Below are positions 12,990-26,852 of a stretch of 64,000 nucleotides of DNA, one piece after another. Source of the stretch: Chiloscyllium plagiosum (Eukaryota); assembly GCF_004010195.1 (NCBI RefSeq), contig NC_057750.1, forward strand, positions 7,771,946-7,835,945, given 5' to 3'. The translations under genes and the position numbers were made by a program. The stretch's first letter is position 1; each line of letters begins with the position of its first letter. The notes beneath the pieces were generated by a model that did not search any database, had not been told where the DNA came from, and saw only the letters and a list, made by a program, of their open reading frames with translations.

Positions 12990-14110
12990 AATGCACATTG
13001 TAATGTTGGAAACACAGCGCCTCATTTGTAGGCAGCAAGCTCCCAAAAACAGCAAGGGCAATGCTAAATAAAAAGGTGTGTGTTTATGGAGCACATTTCA
13101 CAACTACCAGACACTTCAGTGTTTTACAGACAATTAAGGTAATTTCTTGAAGTGCAGTCATTGTAAGGAGTAGATCAGCCAGCTTTTTTACAGCAAGCTC
13201 TCACAAACAGTAATGCGATAATGAACAGATAAATATTTTTCTGCAATGTTAATCGAAGAATAAATATTGACCGCACGCTGGAGAAAGCTCCCAGTTCTTA
13301 TGGAGTTATAGGGCTTACAACATGAAAACAGACCGACCAGTGTGTGCTAGACATAATCCCAATCTAAACTAGTCCCACCTGGTTACACCATATCCCTCCA
13401 AACCTTTCCTATTCATGGCCTTATCTAAGTGTCTTTTAAATGTTGTAACTGTACCCACATCCAACACTTCCTCTGAAAGTTCATTCCACACACGAACCAC
13501 CTTCTGTGTAAAAAAGTTGTCCCTCATGTCTTTTTAAACTCTCTCTCCTCTCACCTTAAAAATGTGGCCCCTAGTCTTGAAATCCCCCATTCTAGGGGAA
13601 AAGACGTTAACCCTGTTTATACCCCTCATGATTTTATCGGCCTCTATCAGGTCACCTATCAGTCTCCTACCCTCCAGCTAAAAAAGGCCCAGCCTACCCA
13701 GTTTTTTTTTTATAACTCAAACCTTCCATACACGGCAACTTCCTGGTAAATCTCACCTGAACCCTCTTTAGCTTAATGATATCCTTCCTACATCAGGGCG
13801 ACCAGAACTGGACACAGTATTCCAGAAGAACCCTCACCAACATTCTGTACAACCTCAACATGACATCCCAACTCCTATACTCAAAGGACTGAGGAATGAA
13901 GGCAAGTGAGCTAAGTGCCTTTTTAACCACCCTGTCTACATTCTTTCATATAGAACATTGGGATCTTTTACAACAACCTGAGAGGGCAGACCAAGGCCTC
14001 AATTTAACGTTTGCTCTAAAAGCTGGGACCACCAACAGTACAGCATTCCCTCACTACCGCACCCAATGGAGCATCAGCCTTGTTTTATGTATCCACATCC
14101 TGGAGTGAGA
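12990..14110 (-). mobile_element. Old Deu-domain (SacSINE1/AmnSINE1-like) SINE split by a CR1 fragment (about 13300-13940)
   Basis: CAGCAAGCTC(T/C)CACAAACAG... before the CR1 and GGGATCTTTTAC...GAGAGGGCAGAC...CAGCATTCCCTCA after it. Family assignment is from memory of the consensus. Confidence 0.6.
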
Positions 14111-14124
14111 TTCATACATGATTA

Positions 14125-14433
14125 AATTAGATTACCGACAGTGCGGAAACAGGCCCTTTGGCCCACACTGACCCTCTGAAGAGTAATCCACCCAGACCCA
14201 TTCCCCTACCCTATATTTACCCCTGACTAATGCACGGACAATTTAGCATGGCCAATTCATCTGATCCACACATCTTTGGATTGTGGGAGGAAACCGGAGC
14301 ACCCGGAGGAAACCCACGCAGACGTGGGGAGAACGTGCAAACTCCACACAGACAGTCACCCGAGGCAGGAATTGAACCCAGGTCACTGGCGCTGTGAGGC
14401 AGCAGTGCTAACCACTGAGCCACTGTGCCACCC
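14125..14433 (-). mobile_element. HE1-like SINE (further copies at 21630-21965 -, 24155-24410 +, 24790-25105 -, 31755-32082 -, 39075-39390 -, 42580-42810 +, 56155-56250 -)
   Basis: GGCACAGTGGCTCAGTGGTTAGCACTGCTGCCTCACAGC head. This family is the source of the recurrent spurious 'QWLALLPHS' ORFs. Confidence 0.9.
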
Positions 14434-17348
14434 CAAAAGATAGAATCTTTAAACCTAGAGACAAGTGCTCTGTGTTACAGTGCTACAGTTGACAAAACCA
14501 ACATAATAGGAGAAATAGTGCAGCTCCATGCACCAAGAAGGTGATTTTGGACAGATGAAAGAGCACTCTGATTGTTAAAAGCTCAGCAGCAGCTACGTTA
14601 GTGAAACCAGCTACTGGGAAGGAGATGGAATATGGCAGCAGCGGATTGGAGGGGGGCATTATTGTACTGTAAGACTTTGACCAGTCCCAAATGTAGAGAG
14701 GGGAACATGCTGTTGAGAGTGTGGTGTATAACACTGTGGGGCTGCTGCTCTTTTACTCCTATACCCAAAAAGCTGACTCCATTTTCGATTTGGATATGAG
14801 GCATATTTTACAATAGGATTCACCGCAAACAATCCAGCCCACAGAAAATGCCGACTCTGCACTCTACTCTTTGAATCAATAATAGCAGGGTTATACTTGC
14901 AGCAAAAATACAGTGGGTGGAGGGGAGTAAGGAAGGCAGGGGGAATCATGCCCAGATCATACCCATTCACCCATACTAGAAAAGGAATGCAATGATATTG
15001 AATGAGCTCAAGGATGCCCTTCCAAGGCTGGTGCAGGCCAACATTAATTCAGTGGACCTTACATGTGAAGAATGAACCAGCCACTTTCAGGAGAATGCCA
15101 TTGTTCGCACTGATGAGGAGGAGCCGGTGTTGGACTGGGGTGGACAAAGTTAAAAATCACACAACATCAGGTTATAGTCCAACAGGTTTAGTTGGAAGCA
15201 CTAGCGTTTGGAGCGCTGATCCTTCATCAGCTACCTGATAATGTGTGGATTATAAACTGGTGATGCGTGATTTTTAACTTCATCATTAGAACACAGTCTT
15301 GACTAACTGAGGTGTCACCCAGTGTTGGGTAAGAGGTCAGAAGCTGACTGTGTCCAATGTTGCTATTTCCAGAAAAGAGTCCAAACTTCCAGGGATGGGA
15401 GAGTCTTAAGACTGTACTCCTTCAGACTTTCTCACTCTATACTTGCAACCTCTTCCAGACTCATGACCCCACATTCTCAGACCTACCATCCAGTCCCCAA
15501 TTCCTAGTAGTTTGTGCAGCCTGTCCCTTTACCATTTATGAGCAACTGAGGTATCAGCCACTCTTCAATTCTCTTCTCAAGCCCCTTCACCTTCCCATTT
15601 GCCTGCGATCTTTTAAACCTCTTCTCAGAAACCCCTATTTTCTACTAGATAGTTTTAACGCTCCTGTTCCTATCTTGACTTGGCATTTGCTGTCCTGCGT
15701 AGGGCTGTCTGTAAAACAGAAATGGGACAGACCAAACCAGTAGGAGATACAAAAGGATAGTGTTGTTGAGTGAGCTCAGAGGTGACGGAGAGCAGCGAAT
15801 GGTGTGGGATTGAACCTCTGCCTTCTTACTCTTAAAAATAAGATGTTTGTAACCAGGAACACCAAGTTTCAGTGCTCTATACCTTACGAAATAGAGGGCT
15901 GATTGTGGAAAATCACTGGGAGTAATTTTAATTCTTTGAACATTCAAGTTTATAGAGCAAGTATTGTGCAAAACTTGCTCAAAACAGCTTTCATCCTATT
16001 TAACTGGTCTACAATAAGTTCTGCATAACTTGAACTGCCAAATAATTGCTACAGTCTGTTTTCCGCATACACAGTGCTTTGAAGACCACACAGGACTTGC
16101 ATGTCAATAGCAATGCAGTGTCCGTGCGTTTATTTTGATGCTCCTAGCCACTGAAGGAAGCTACAGACATTTGCATTGTGGCATTGCACACTGAAAGAGT
16201 AAGGTATCTCAAACGTTTGAGCAATGAGTGAAACTGGCTGTTTCAGGATGCTACTGTGCAGTAGCAACATGACTGGTGCTTGCCACTAACAGGATGCTGC
16301 TGTCAAGACCAGAAGACAGTCTGCCTATCGTACTAATCAGTAATGTGGAATGTGCTGGTGTGAGGCCAAGTGTGTCTGTATATCCCACAGACAGGCATGT
16401 CCAAACAGCTTGCTGGGTTAGCTATTCATGAATGTAATAAACATTTTAATTTGGTAAGTTACTGTTTTTATTTTATTTTTGCAATGGTGTCCTTAAAAAG
16501 TAGATTATTGGTTAATTTGTTCAATCAGCTTAAAAGAGTATAAAGGGATATCTATTGACCTAAGACTGTAGAGCTGGGAACTGTACTCTTGAAACATGTC
16601 ATTTGTGAATAAATCTAAAAGCATGTCAAAATTAACTTCTGGTCTCCTCCTTCACAAATTGGCTGTTAGATGTTTGCAATTAGATTATAATACTCGGAGG
16701 TACACACATACAATTGAACAGAGTGAACATTTCATCCAGCAGTGGCTTCCTCACCCAATCATAGCATCATACAGCACAGAAACAGACCCTTTGCTCCAAC
16801 TTGTGGACTTGAATCCTGCTTTGCATAGTCCCAGTGAGTGGAAAGGTTTGCCAGTTCTGGATCCTAGTTCGACTTCCAACAGATTACTTATATCCAGTGG
16901 GTGGCACAGAAATTGTGGATGCCCAGAGAACTCTGTCCAGTGGAATGACCCTAATTTTTCATTAGCTCTCCCTTTCAATACGCCATCTTCAATACGCTCC
17001 CACGCTGTCGTTTCAGTCCATTCAGAGCCAAGGCTTGCCACAGATTTGCAGCAGAACCCAAAGCAAGCTTGAGTTCAACAACTTCAGACCATGAACTCTG
17101 CACTCCATTTTAATTATAACCCTTCACTCCCACCTCTGCATCTTGTTTGCAAAGTTAAAAATCACGCAACACCAGGGTATAGTCCAACACGTTTATTTGT
17201 AAGCAATAGCTTTCGGAGCGCTGCTCCTTCATCAGGGGGCTGTCCTATTTGCAAAGGTTTGCTCTCAGCAGAACTGAATATTTTCTGCTATTAACACCTA
17301 CTCTTTTAGCACTGTCCCTCCTTCATTTCCATTAACATTCCCTTAAGC

Positions 17349-18323
17349 ACTCCGTAGGATGTGGAGAGTTAGGAGAGGATATTTCATCAGAGGTATGGGA
17401 AGACATCTGGGGGAATGTAAGGAAAATCTCAGTATGGAACAGAGCGCAGGCCATGCAATTGAAGATCTTATATAGGATTCATATGGCGCCAGAGAGGTTA
17501 GCTAAGTTCAAGAGAGGAGCGTCATCAGGGTGTTGCAAATGTAAAATTAATATAGGCACTCTCACACACTGCTACTTGTCATGTTGTAAGATCCAGAGAT
17601 ACTGGAGTGTTATAGTAAGGGAGCTAAAGGACATCCTGGGGATTGAAATTAACGTGGATCCGGTAATTCTTCTTTTGGGGTTGTCAAATTTGCCCTCTCA
17701 GGGGGAACACGGGAAGAGATTGTGTAACGTTCTTATCCACTTTGCGAGGAAGAACATTTTAATGAATTGGACATCAGAAAACCCACCAGGTCTTATGGGG
17801 TGGCGTAGGTTGGTGATGGAGCATCTTCCCCAAGATTACCTCACAAATATGGTGCACCACAAAACAGAGCAGTTTTACAAGACGTGGCGGCCCTTTTCAA
17901 ATTATATCGACGCTGACTTATCAGCAATATTAATTAGGGCCGTGGTATAGTTGTGGGAATCAGTATGGGTGCCTGTGGGGCCCCGGGAGGAGGACACTGG
18001 GGGGGAAAATGAATACGGGTACTGTAAATGGTGCTCCCAGGGATGGGAGTCTCAGTGGAGGTGTGATGAGTGAGATAGAATAAAGTAGTGAGATATTATT
18101 TAATTTAAGTTATTTGAATATCTTTAGTATTTATTTAATACATTTGTAGTTTAGTTTAAATTAAGTAGATATTTGTTCTGGTAGAATAGTAAATCTTTCA
18201 TTAACCATAGTACTGTGTTATGGCTTTATTGTACTGCCTTTTTTTTTCTGTTTTGATGGTGTATTTTTTTTTGTATATATATGTTTTGTAAAAGGTTTTC
18301 AATAAAAATACTTATAAAAAAAT
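17349..18323 (+). mobile_element. 5'-truncated L1-clade LINE with ORF2 C-terminal CCHC zinc region, 3'UTR and A-tail
   Basis: ORF 17453-17950 KILYRIHMAPERL...CCKC...GTLTHCYLSCCKIQRYW. AATAAA plus A-run at about 18301-18322. TSD TTCCCTTAAGC at 17338-17348 and 18324-18334. Confidence 0.85.
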
Positions 18324-19136
18324 TTCCCTTAAGCTTTGTGCTCTAGGAACCCTCATTTTCTGTTGTATTTTCTGCTCCTCCCCCTTTTTAATCAACAACT
18401 TTCCAACCCCCTTCAGTTCTGAAAAAAAGAGTCATATTGGGCTCAAAATGCTCTCGGTTTTTTTTCCTTCTCTCTCCACAGATGCTGCCAGACCTGCTGG
18501 GTTTCTCCAGCACTTTCTGTCTTTGTTCATGGCTTGATGGGAACTCTGATTTGCATAGCGCAATCATGGGTTAGATTGCAACCATAATAATGGCGGGCCA
18601 ACAGGGATTCAAATGAACTGGAAATGATTGAGGCGTTTGGAACGGTCGCATCCTATGTCAGCCTCTACACGTTCTTACAATGTCCTCCCGCTGATACAAG
18701 CTGTTTCACACCTGCAGCCTGGGGTAATTTGCACACGTTTCTTTCATAATTCAACACCCACAATTTCGCTGAAGACTGAAAGGACACGTCTTCCTATGCA
18801 ACTGAAAGTGCTGTCAGTACAGTGGTATCTCTTGATTAGAGACAGATGAATTGCAAGATCACTTAAACTGGTGAGGCGGAGGAGAGCTGTAGGCTGGGCA
18901 GGAAACGCAACTTAAACTACAGTGCTCCCCCAGGTATTCGAAATGAGGTGGCGCGTGTTTCAGGCTGGATCCCAAGCACACATGCAGAGTTAGCTGATCA
19001 CAGCTGGAGGTAACAGTTAGCTGTTATGTTCCAAGGTTGAAGCCAATCCCTGTGACCCATCAACCATCGAGAGACATCCCTGCTGAAAGCAAGTTTCAGG
19101 CATGTGTGTGAATGAATATTGGCCAGTTAATACCTT

Positions 19137-19535
19137 GGAGAAAGTGATCACCGCAGATGCTGGAGATCAGAGTCGTGAGTGTGGTGCTGGAAAAGCACAG
19201 CAGGTCAGGCAGCATCCAGGGAGCAGGAGAATCGACATTTCGGGCAAAAGTCCTTCATCAGGAATGAGGGTTGTGGACCGGAGTGGGGGGTTGCTGAGAG
19301 ATAAATGGGAGAGGGGTGGGGTTGGAGGGAGGTAGCTGGGAAAGCGATAGGTGGATGAAGGTGAGGGAGAGGGTGATAGGTCGGGGGGGGGGGGAAGTGA
19401 TGAACGGGTCCGGAGGGCAGTGCCGACTTGGAGGTTTGGGACTGGGATAATTTGGGGTGTGGGGGGAGGGGAAATGAGGAAGCTTGCAGTGCTCATGGCC
19501 ATTTTGAGAATACTCAGTTTCAACTCCCACACGAA
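19137..19535 (-). mobile_element. Penelope-like (family B) 3' fragment with hammerhead-like core
   Basis: Minus strand CCTGATGAAGGACTTTTGCCCGAAATGTCGAT (19231-19262). Pyrimidine-rich 3'UTR. Confidence 0.75.
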
Positions 19536-20447
19536 GAACTACCCAGCAAGCTGATCGATTATCTTCCTGAAAATTAAGAGAGGAGGAAGCAAGAGAGAAT
19601 GATAGAAAAAGACAGCAAGAGATGAAGAGTGACAGAAAGCAGCTGAGGGAGTTGTCACCTGTTAGATCCTACAAGAGGATTCAAAAAGCAGAGATGTTTT
19701 CACTTCGGTGGGGGCCAAAACATCCCCTATCCCGATCAAAACCTGGAGTGGTAACTTTGCTGAACTCTCTGCAGATCCTGGCTGACCTGTCGAATGCTTC
19801 CAGCATTTCTTAGTGTCAGGTATTCAACAGTTACTGGTGGCTGGAGATCTTCCCCAGCATCTTAGGGTCATAAGGGGAGGCAATGACCCAGTGGTATTAT
19901 CGCTGGACTGTTAACTCAGAGACCCAGATAATGTTCTGGAGACCCAGATTCAAATCCTGCCAGGGTCAATGGTGAAATTTGGATTCAATATTAAAAAAAA
20001 TCTGATATTAAGAGCCCAATGATGACCATGAATCCATTGTCAGAAAAGCCTGCTAATGCCCTTTAGGGAAGGAAACTGCCATCCTTGCCTGGTCTGGCTG
20101 ACATGTGACTTCAGACCCACACCAATGTGGTTGTCTGTTAACTGGCTTTTGGTGCAATTAGGGATGGGCAATAAATACTGCCTAGCCAAGACTCCCTCAT
20201 CCCGTGAATGAATAAATAATTTCTCCTTCCAGCTACAGGGCCCAGGACAAGGAAGTGGGGGGGAGAAGTGTACATCAGGACCCTACAACCAAGGGACCCC
20301 TAGGAGGTCTTCTACTCTTTGCTCAGGGGAGCTTGGCTGAGATGGCTGGTCCCAAGGGCCCAGACCCTGGCCAGAAACCTCACTGGTCAAGAGTCACCAA
20401 GCTGAAAAAGAACTGTTTATCCCCAGTTGCTGTTTCCTGTCCATGAG

Positions 20448-21600
20448 CTAATACTCTATCCTTGCCAATATCCTACCTCCAACACCATGGTCTCTTATCT
20501 TATGAGTTAACCTTTTGTGGGGTACCTTGTTGAACACCTTCTGGAACTCCAAATACAGTACATCGACTGGTTCCCCTCTATCCACACTGGTTGAAACTTC
20601 CTTTAAGACTAATAAGATATTAGTCCGACATTGTTTTCCTTTCATGAAGACATGCTGGATTCGGTTATGATTTTCCAAATCTTCCAAAAATTGATGTTAG
20701 ACTGTTTGGCCTCTAGTTAGCAAATTTTTGCCTCCCTTGGTTTGCTCACAAAATAATCCCTCTATACAGAGGAACCTCAATTATCTGGCATTGGATTATC
20801 CAAATATCGGATTATCTGGCAAGATTGCAAGGTCCCAGTGTGGCATTTGATTATCCAGACTTCGACTAACCTGCCCGTGTCCTTCAGATAATCGAGATGT
20901 ACTGTGAATCATCTCTGAAAGGCCAATGACATAATACCTTCCCTTAAATAAGGAGACTAAAACTGCTCACAGTCCTTCAGACGTGATCTCACCAGCATCT
21001 TGTACAATTGCAGTAAGAGTTACCTATCTGGATACTTCACCCCCTTGAAATAAGGGCTAATATTCCATTAAGCGAAAGTGGGTACTCCAGGTGTTGGAGA
21101 TAAGAGTCAAGATTAGAGTGTGGTGCTGGAAAAGCACAGCAGGTCAGGCAGCATCCGAGAAGCAGGAAAATTGACGTTTCAGGCATCAATTAGCCTTCCT
21201 GATTACTCGCTGGCGCCTGTGTTTGTGTTTTGTGAACGTATTTTTGTGCTGCAGTTTTTCTTGGCTTAAACACTAGACTAGCATTAGACTCAGGGAAGGT
21301 TCACTTGGTTGATCCCAGCCAATGAGGGATTTTCTTGTGAGGAGAATTGAGGACGCTGGGCTCATGTTCATTCGGCAACGAGAGGTGACAATATTGAAAA
21401 ATATAAGATTATTCAGGGGCTTGATGAGGGTTGGGGCACAGAATTCTCCAGCACAGAAGAGTGTGGGGGCTGTGTTAGTAAAGATACTCAAGGCTGAGTT
21501 AGACAGATGTTTGGAAGTAAAAGGTTCTGAGGCAAAGGCAGGAAAATGGAGTTGAAGATTTTAAGATCAGCCACAATCTCATTGAAAGGTGGAGTGGAGT
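20448..21600. mobile_element. Cluster of degraded CR1 fragments with a short MITE (20767-20904) and a PLE terminus (21071-21190)
   Basis: QHVFMKGKQCRTNIL...VDVLYLEFQKVFNKVPH RT motif. TA-CAGAGGAACCTCAATTATC matches the TIR of the 50057 element. Confidence 0.75.
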
Positions 21601-22180
21601 CATGGGTCAAATCGCCTACTTTTCATAGAATGCCTAGAAAACAGGCCATTCTGTCCATCGAGTTTGCATTGACCCTCCAAAGAGCAATCCACCCACACCC
21701 ACCACTGCCCCCACCCTATCCCTGTAACCCTGCATTTTCCATGACTAATCCACCTAGCTTGTACATCTCTACACACTATGGGGCAATTTCCCATAGCCAA
21801 TCCACCCGAACCTGCACATCTTTGGACTGTGAGAGGAAACCGGAGCACCCGGAGGAAACCCATACAGACACGGGGAGAACGTTCAAACTCCACACAGATA
21901 GTCACCCGGGGATGGAATTGAACTAACGAGGCAGCAGTGCTAGCCATTGAGCCATCATGCCACCCACAGCATGATCTAATGACTAGTGAGTCCGCTCAAT
22001 ACCTTCAACAGTTTGCTTTCCCAGCATTCTGAGCTGCTTGGGAGAGCTACAAGAAACAGGTACAGGTGGTATTGGACTGGAACACACTTTAAAGAGTTTT
22101 AATTTAAAATTTTTAATACCTGAAATGGGAAATAAAATAGGTCAGCACATCAAGGATCAAAGGCAGATGGAAGGATTTCA

Positions 22181-23126
22181 GTTAAAGATTACACAACACC
22201 AGGTTATAGTCCAACAGGTTTATTTGGAAGTAACAAAGCGCTGCTCCTTCATCAGGTAGCTGTGGAATAGGAATATAAGACACAGAATTTATCAGAAAAG
22301 ATCTCAGTGTCATGCAACTTAAACGATATATTGAACAAACCTAGATTGCAGTTGTCTTTCGTCTTTTAGAATGGGCTACAGGTTTCAGTTCATGAATACG
22401 TAAATCCCAAAACTTCTTTCCAGTCACATTCCCAAGATAACTTAAGGTTTTATAAAGAAAGGTGACATCTCAGCTCATACAATGAATTGAAGTGTGAGGT
22501 TAGAGTCTGTTTGTATCCCAATATTGAGCTAGACTGGTTCTGCTTCCAAAATAGGAATGTATAACATATTACATGGATTAACTGCTTGTGTTGACTGCCT
22601 GCAGGTTGTGTTCTTTTTGAACAAGATAGGAAGTACAATTCTGCAAATGCAAATTCACCCCATAGACTTATATGTGTGTGTGCGTGTATGTGAGGGAGAG
22701 TGTGAGTGTTTGCATGTGTTTGAGTGGGAGAGTGTGTGTTTGCATGTGTCCATGCTTGGTAGAGTGTGTGCATGAGTGTGATGGAGTATAAACCTGTGAG
22801 AGGGTATGTGTGTGTGTGTGTGTATCTGTGAGTCATAGAGTCACCCCTCAGCCTCCAACACTCCAAGGAAAATAACCCTAACCTATTCAACCTCTCCCTA
22901 TAACTGAAATCCTCCAACCTTGGCAATATTCTTGTAGATCTTTTCTGAACCCTTTCAAGTTTCACAACATCTTTCCGATAAGAAGGAGACCAGAATTACT
23001 GCATGTGTATGAGAGAGGGTCTGTGTGAATGTGTGAGTATGTAAGAGGTTGTGTGTATGTGTGCTTGTTTGTGTGTGTGAGAGAGAGTGTATCGTGTAGT
23101 GGGGTCACCTGTAGTGTGACATGAAC
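22181..23126 (-). mobile_element. Penelope-like (family A) 3' fragment with (TG)n-rich UTR, interrupted by a CR1 piece (22838-22998)
   Basis: Colinear with 25640-26535. Confidence 0.78.
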
Positions 23127-25159
23127 AGAAATTAATTGATTGACAAATCAGGCTGGACAAGGGTTAAATGACCAACTTGATACTTCAAACACAAAGCTGA
23201 GAATTTAAAATTTAAGGGGCTGGAGGATGAAGCAAAATGTAATTTAAGTTAACAAGGATAGTCCGGGATAAGGGACAGGTGGTAGAATTTCAGAATGAGT
23301 GATACTTAGAGGTAACAAGCTGACCTGGAAAGCACTGGAATAGATCCAGTCTCGAGAGAAGAAAAAATTCATGCAATTCTGATGCATTGTTCCACTGAAT
23401 AATAATTGTTCTTTTTTTAAAACAAATAATGTTGAATATGTTCTCTTTAAGGTTGGATTTAAGACAATGTTTTCTCGTACAAGTGCCACCTCCTCCTCCA
23501 CTGGAGCCAAAATGACTTTCAATCCCATCCTGGCTAGGATTCAGAACTAGCTTCCAAGAATGACTGGTTCTCATTCTAATAATGAGACACCACCCAGTTG
23601 CTCAAACTCAGTTGTAATCAAAACCCCCAAGAACAATAACCTACATTAGGTTGTTGAATCAATCGGCAAGTTTTTCTATAGTGCTATGCTGAGTAAATTC
23701 AAAAGATGTAACAGCTATTCCTGAAAGACCAGTATGGTCACTTACAAACACCAGCCACCGTCAGGATGACAAAGAATGCACAGCAGGTTTGTCTGCTGCC
23801 ATTCTTAGTTAAGCCAGATGATCTGTAGGACATATGTACTATCACTATAAGAAATTTTGTCTTTCAAATTTTCAACTCCAAGGTATGTCAACCTGTAGTC
23901 CCAGGGAACCATGAATTAGAATGTTGGAGCAGACTCAAGTGGCCCAAGCTGGCTCCTTTTAATGTGTTGAGTTTGCCATACTTAATCAAACTGCAACTCT
24001 CCACGGAAAAGCATTGTTTTTGAAGCCTGAGGGATGAATACAAGGCATCTAATTGAGAGACCCCACTGTCCCTTAAAAGACTGCGGATTTTCCACACGCA
24101 CGTTTGGCATCACGTGCTCTGATACAAAGATGTTGTGATAATGACAAACATCAAGGGGTGGCTCAGTGGTTAGCACTGCTGCCTCACAGCACCAGGAATG
24201 TGGGTTCGATTGCTGCCTCGGATGACTGTCTGTGCGGAGTTTGCGCATTGTCTGTGTGGGTGTGCTCCGGTTTCCTCCCACAGTCCAAAGATATGCTAGG
24301 CTAAATTGCCCTGTACCAGATTAAATATGGGAATAGGATGGGAAGCTTTTTGGAGGGTCAGTGCTGATTTGATGGGCTGAATGGCTTCTATCTGCAACTG
24401 TAGGGTTGCTATTCTGCTTATATTACATCATCCGTAATTATTTAAAATCCAACTCTCCAACAAAAATCTTGAGTCAGCCGCCCTCATATATTGCAGCTCA
24501 ATGTCAAATTTTAAAGCATAGAGTTAAATGCTAACTTTTTAAATTAAAAAATGATGAATTGTTTTGCTTTTGTAAATTTACTTACTAACAATAAATTTGA
24601 TCAGTACTTTAACCTAGATTACAGCTGACTAACCATCATGGAATATTCCTTTGGTTCAAATGATCAAAGGGCTTAAAGCTAAACCCTGCAACAAACACAG
24701 AAAATGCTGGTGAAACTCAGCAGGTCTGGCAGCATCTGTGGAGAGAGCTGTATCCTGTAGTATTTCTAGTGCATATTTTATTGCACTAGAATAATAGAAT
24801 CTCCACAATGTGGAAGCAGACCATTCGGTTTATCAAGTCCACACCAACCCCCTGAAGAGCATCCAACCCTGACCCAACTCCCTACGCTATTCCCATAACT
24901 TCGCATTTCCCATGGCTCACCCACCAAGCCTGCACATCTCTGAACACCATGGTCAATTTAGTAAGGCCGATCTACCTAACCTGCACATCGCTAGACTGTG
25001 GGAGGAAACCAGAGCAGCTGGAAGAAACCTACACGTCATCTGATGGTGGAATTGAACTCAAGTCTCTGGCACTGTAAGGCAGCAATGCTAACCACTGAGC
25101 CCAGCTATTTCACGCAGAAGGTCAAAGTTGGTTCTGAGGGACTACAGATCGACACACTG

Positions 25160-25440
25160 AGTAGCACTCTTACCTCAGAGTTGAAAGGTTGTGGGTTCAA
25201 GTACCACCCCAGAGAACTGAACACACTCTCAGTAAGGTGCCAAGGGAGTGCAGCACTTTTGGAGATGGCTTTTAGATGAGATGTTAAAAGCATTCCAGCT
25301 CAGATAGTCAGGAATTTTTTTTTAAAATCAGAGAAGAGTTGGAGAGTTACCCCAATTTTTGTAATCAGCACTCATAACCAACAGTTATTTGGAGTTATGC
25401 TTGTGCACAGATTTGCAAGTACATTTCCTACATTGCTTTT
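25160..25440 (+). mobile_element. Deu-domain SINE relic (others at about 2020-2190, 8755-8950, 15000-15110, 33420-33720, 43650-43790)
   Basis: GTAGCACTCTTACCTCAGAGT...GTGGGTTCAAGT...GGGAGTGCAGCACT...AGATGAGATGTTAAA. Confidence 0.6.
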
Positions 25441-25600
25441 GAAGTATGGTCACTAATATGAAATATTTAACATTTCCAGACATGATGAAAACATCAATGC
25501 AAATCCATTTTTATAAGCTGAGTTCAATTGGAAAGCTGAAAGTTGAAATGATAAGAGGTGTGCATAGACAGCTCACTTAAAACTGTCCTGATTACTACTG

Positions 25601-26852
25601 ACTTGGAGGTGCTGGTGTTGGACTGGGATGGACAAAGTTAAAAATCACACAACACCAGGTTATAGTCCAACAGGTTTATTTGGAAGCACTAGCTTTCGAA
25701 GCACTGCTCCTTCATCAGGTGGTTGTGGAGAATAAGGCCATAAGGCACAGAATTTATAGACACAGGCGTACAGTGTCATGGAAGTGTAATGATACACTAA
25801 ACAATTTTAGATTCAGTTTTTCATCTTTTAGATTGGGATGTGCTGGTTTCTGTTTTTGATATGTAAATCCCAGAACTTCTTTTAAATTACATTTTCAAGA
25901 TATCTCTAGCTTTTCTAACAATGTTAAAAATCACACAACACCAGGTTATAGTCCAACAGGTTTAATTGGAAGCACAGTAGCTTTCGGAGCGACGCTCCTT
26001 CATCAGGTGATAGTGGAGGGCTCAATCGTAACACAGAATTTATAGCAAAAATTTACAGTGTGATGTAACTGAAATTATACATTGAAAAATTTTCTAACAA
26101 TAGGTGCCATCTCAGCTCAGACAATGCGTTAAGGTGTGAGGTCTGTCTGTGTTCCAGTCTTGAGTTAAACTGGTTCTATTTCTAAAGTGGGATTTAGAGT
26201 CCTATGTGGATTCATGCAGTTTTTGAACAAAATAAAATGTAATTCTGCAAAAACAAATTCACCCCATAAACTTATACATGTGCACATGTAGGAGAGACAG
26301 AATGAGTGTGTGCATGTGTGTGGGTGTGAATGCATATGCGTGTGCACAAGTTTGGTTAAGTGTGTGTGAGTAAGTGTGATGGGATATATGCCTGTAAGAG
26401 ATTGTATGCATGGGTGAGAGTGGGGCATGTATATACGTTGAGTATGAGAGAGAGCTTGTGAATGACACAGAGTCTGTATGTGTGTGTGAGAGAGAATGTA
26501 TACTACAGTGGGGTCACCTGTAGTGTGACATGAACCCAAGGTCCCCGTTGAGGCCATTCCCATGGGTACCAAGCTTGGCTATCAGCTTCTGCTTGGCCAC
26601 TCTGCGTTGTTGCTTAATTGGCGAGACCGATCAGATGCTACGACAACGGATGAACAGACACCTCGCAACAATCACCAGGCATGACTGTCGGGGAACACCC
26701 CAGCGATCCTGGACATTCGGCCTCGGATCTTCAGGTGACCATCATCCAAGGTGGACTTCAGGACAAGCAACCAGCTGATGAAGGAGCAGCACTCCGAAAG
26801 CTAGTGCTTCCAAATAAACCGGTTGGACAATAACCTGGTGTGTGATTTATAA
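25601..26852 (-). mobile_element. Penelope-like element (family A): 3' end with ORF terminus, inverted GIY-YIG piece and a nested younger copy (25923-26089)
   Basis: Minus about 26610-26515: QKLIAKLGTHGNGLNGDLGFMSHYR*. Plus 26614-26680: LIGETDQMLRQRMNRH. Outer TSD CTGATT(A/G)CTACTG at 25588-25600 and 26853-26865. Inner TSD TTTTCTAACAAT at 25911-25922 and 26090-26101. Confidence 0.88.

Noticed and set aside
14483..14970. Overlapping ORFs as possible exons
   Set aside because: No recognisable domain and no convincing splice pair.
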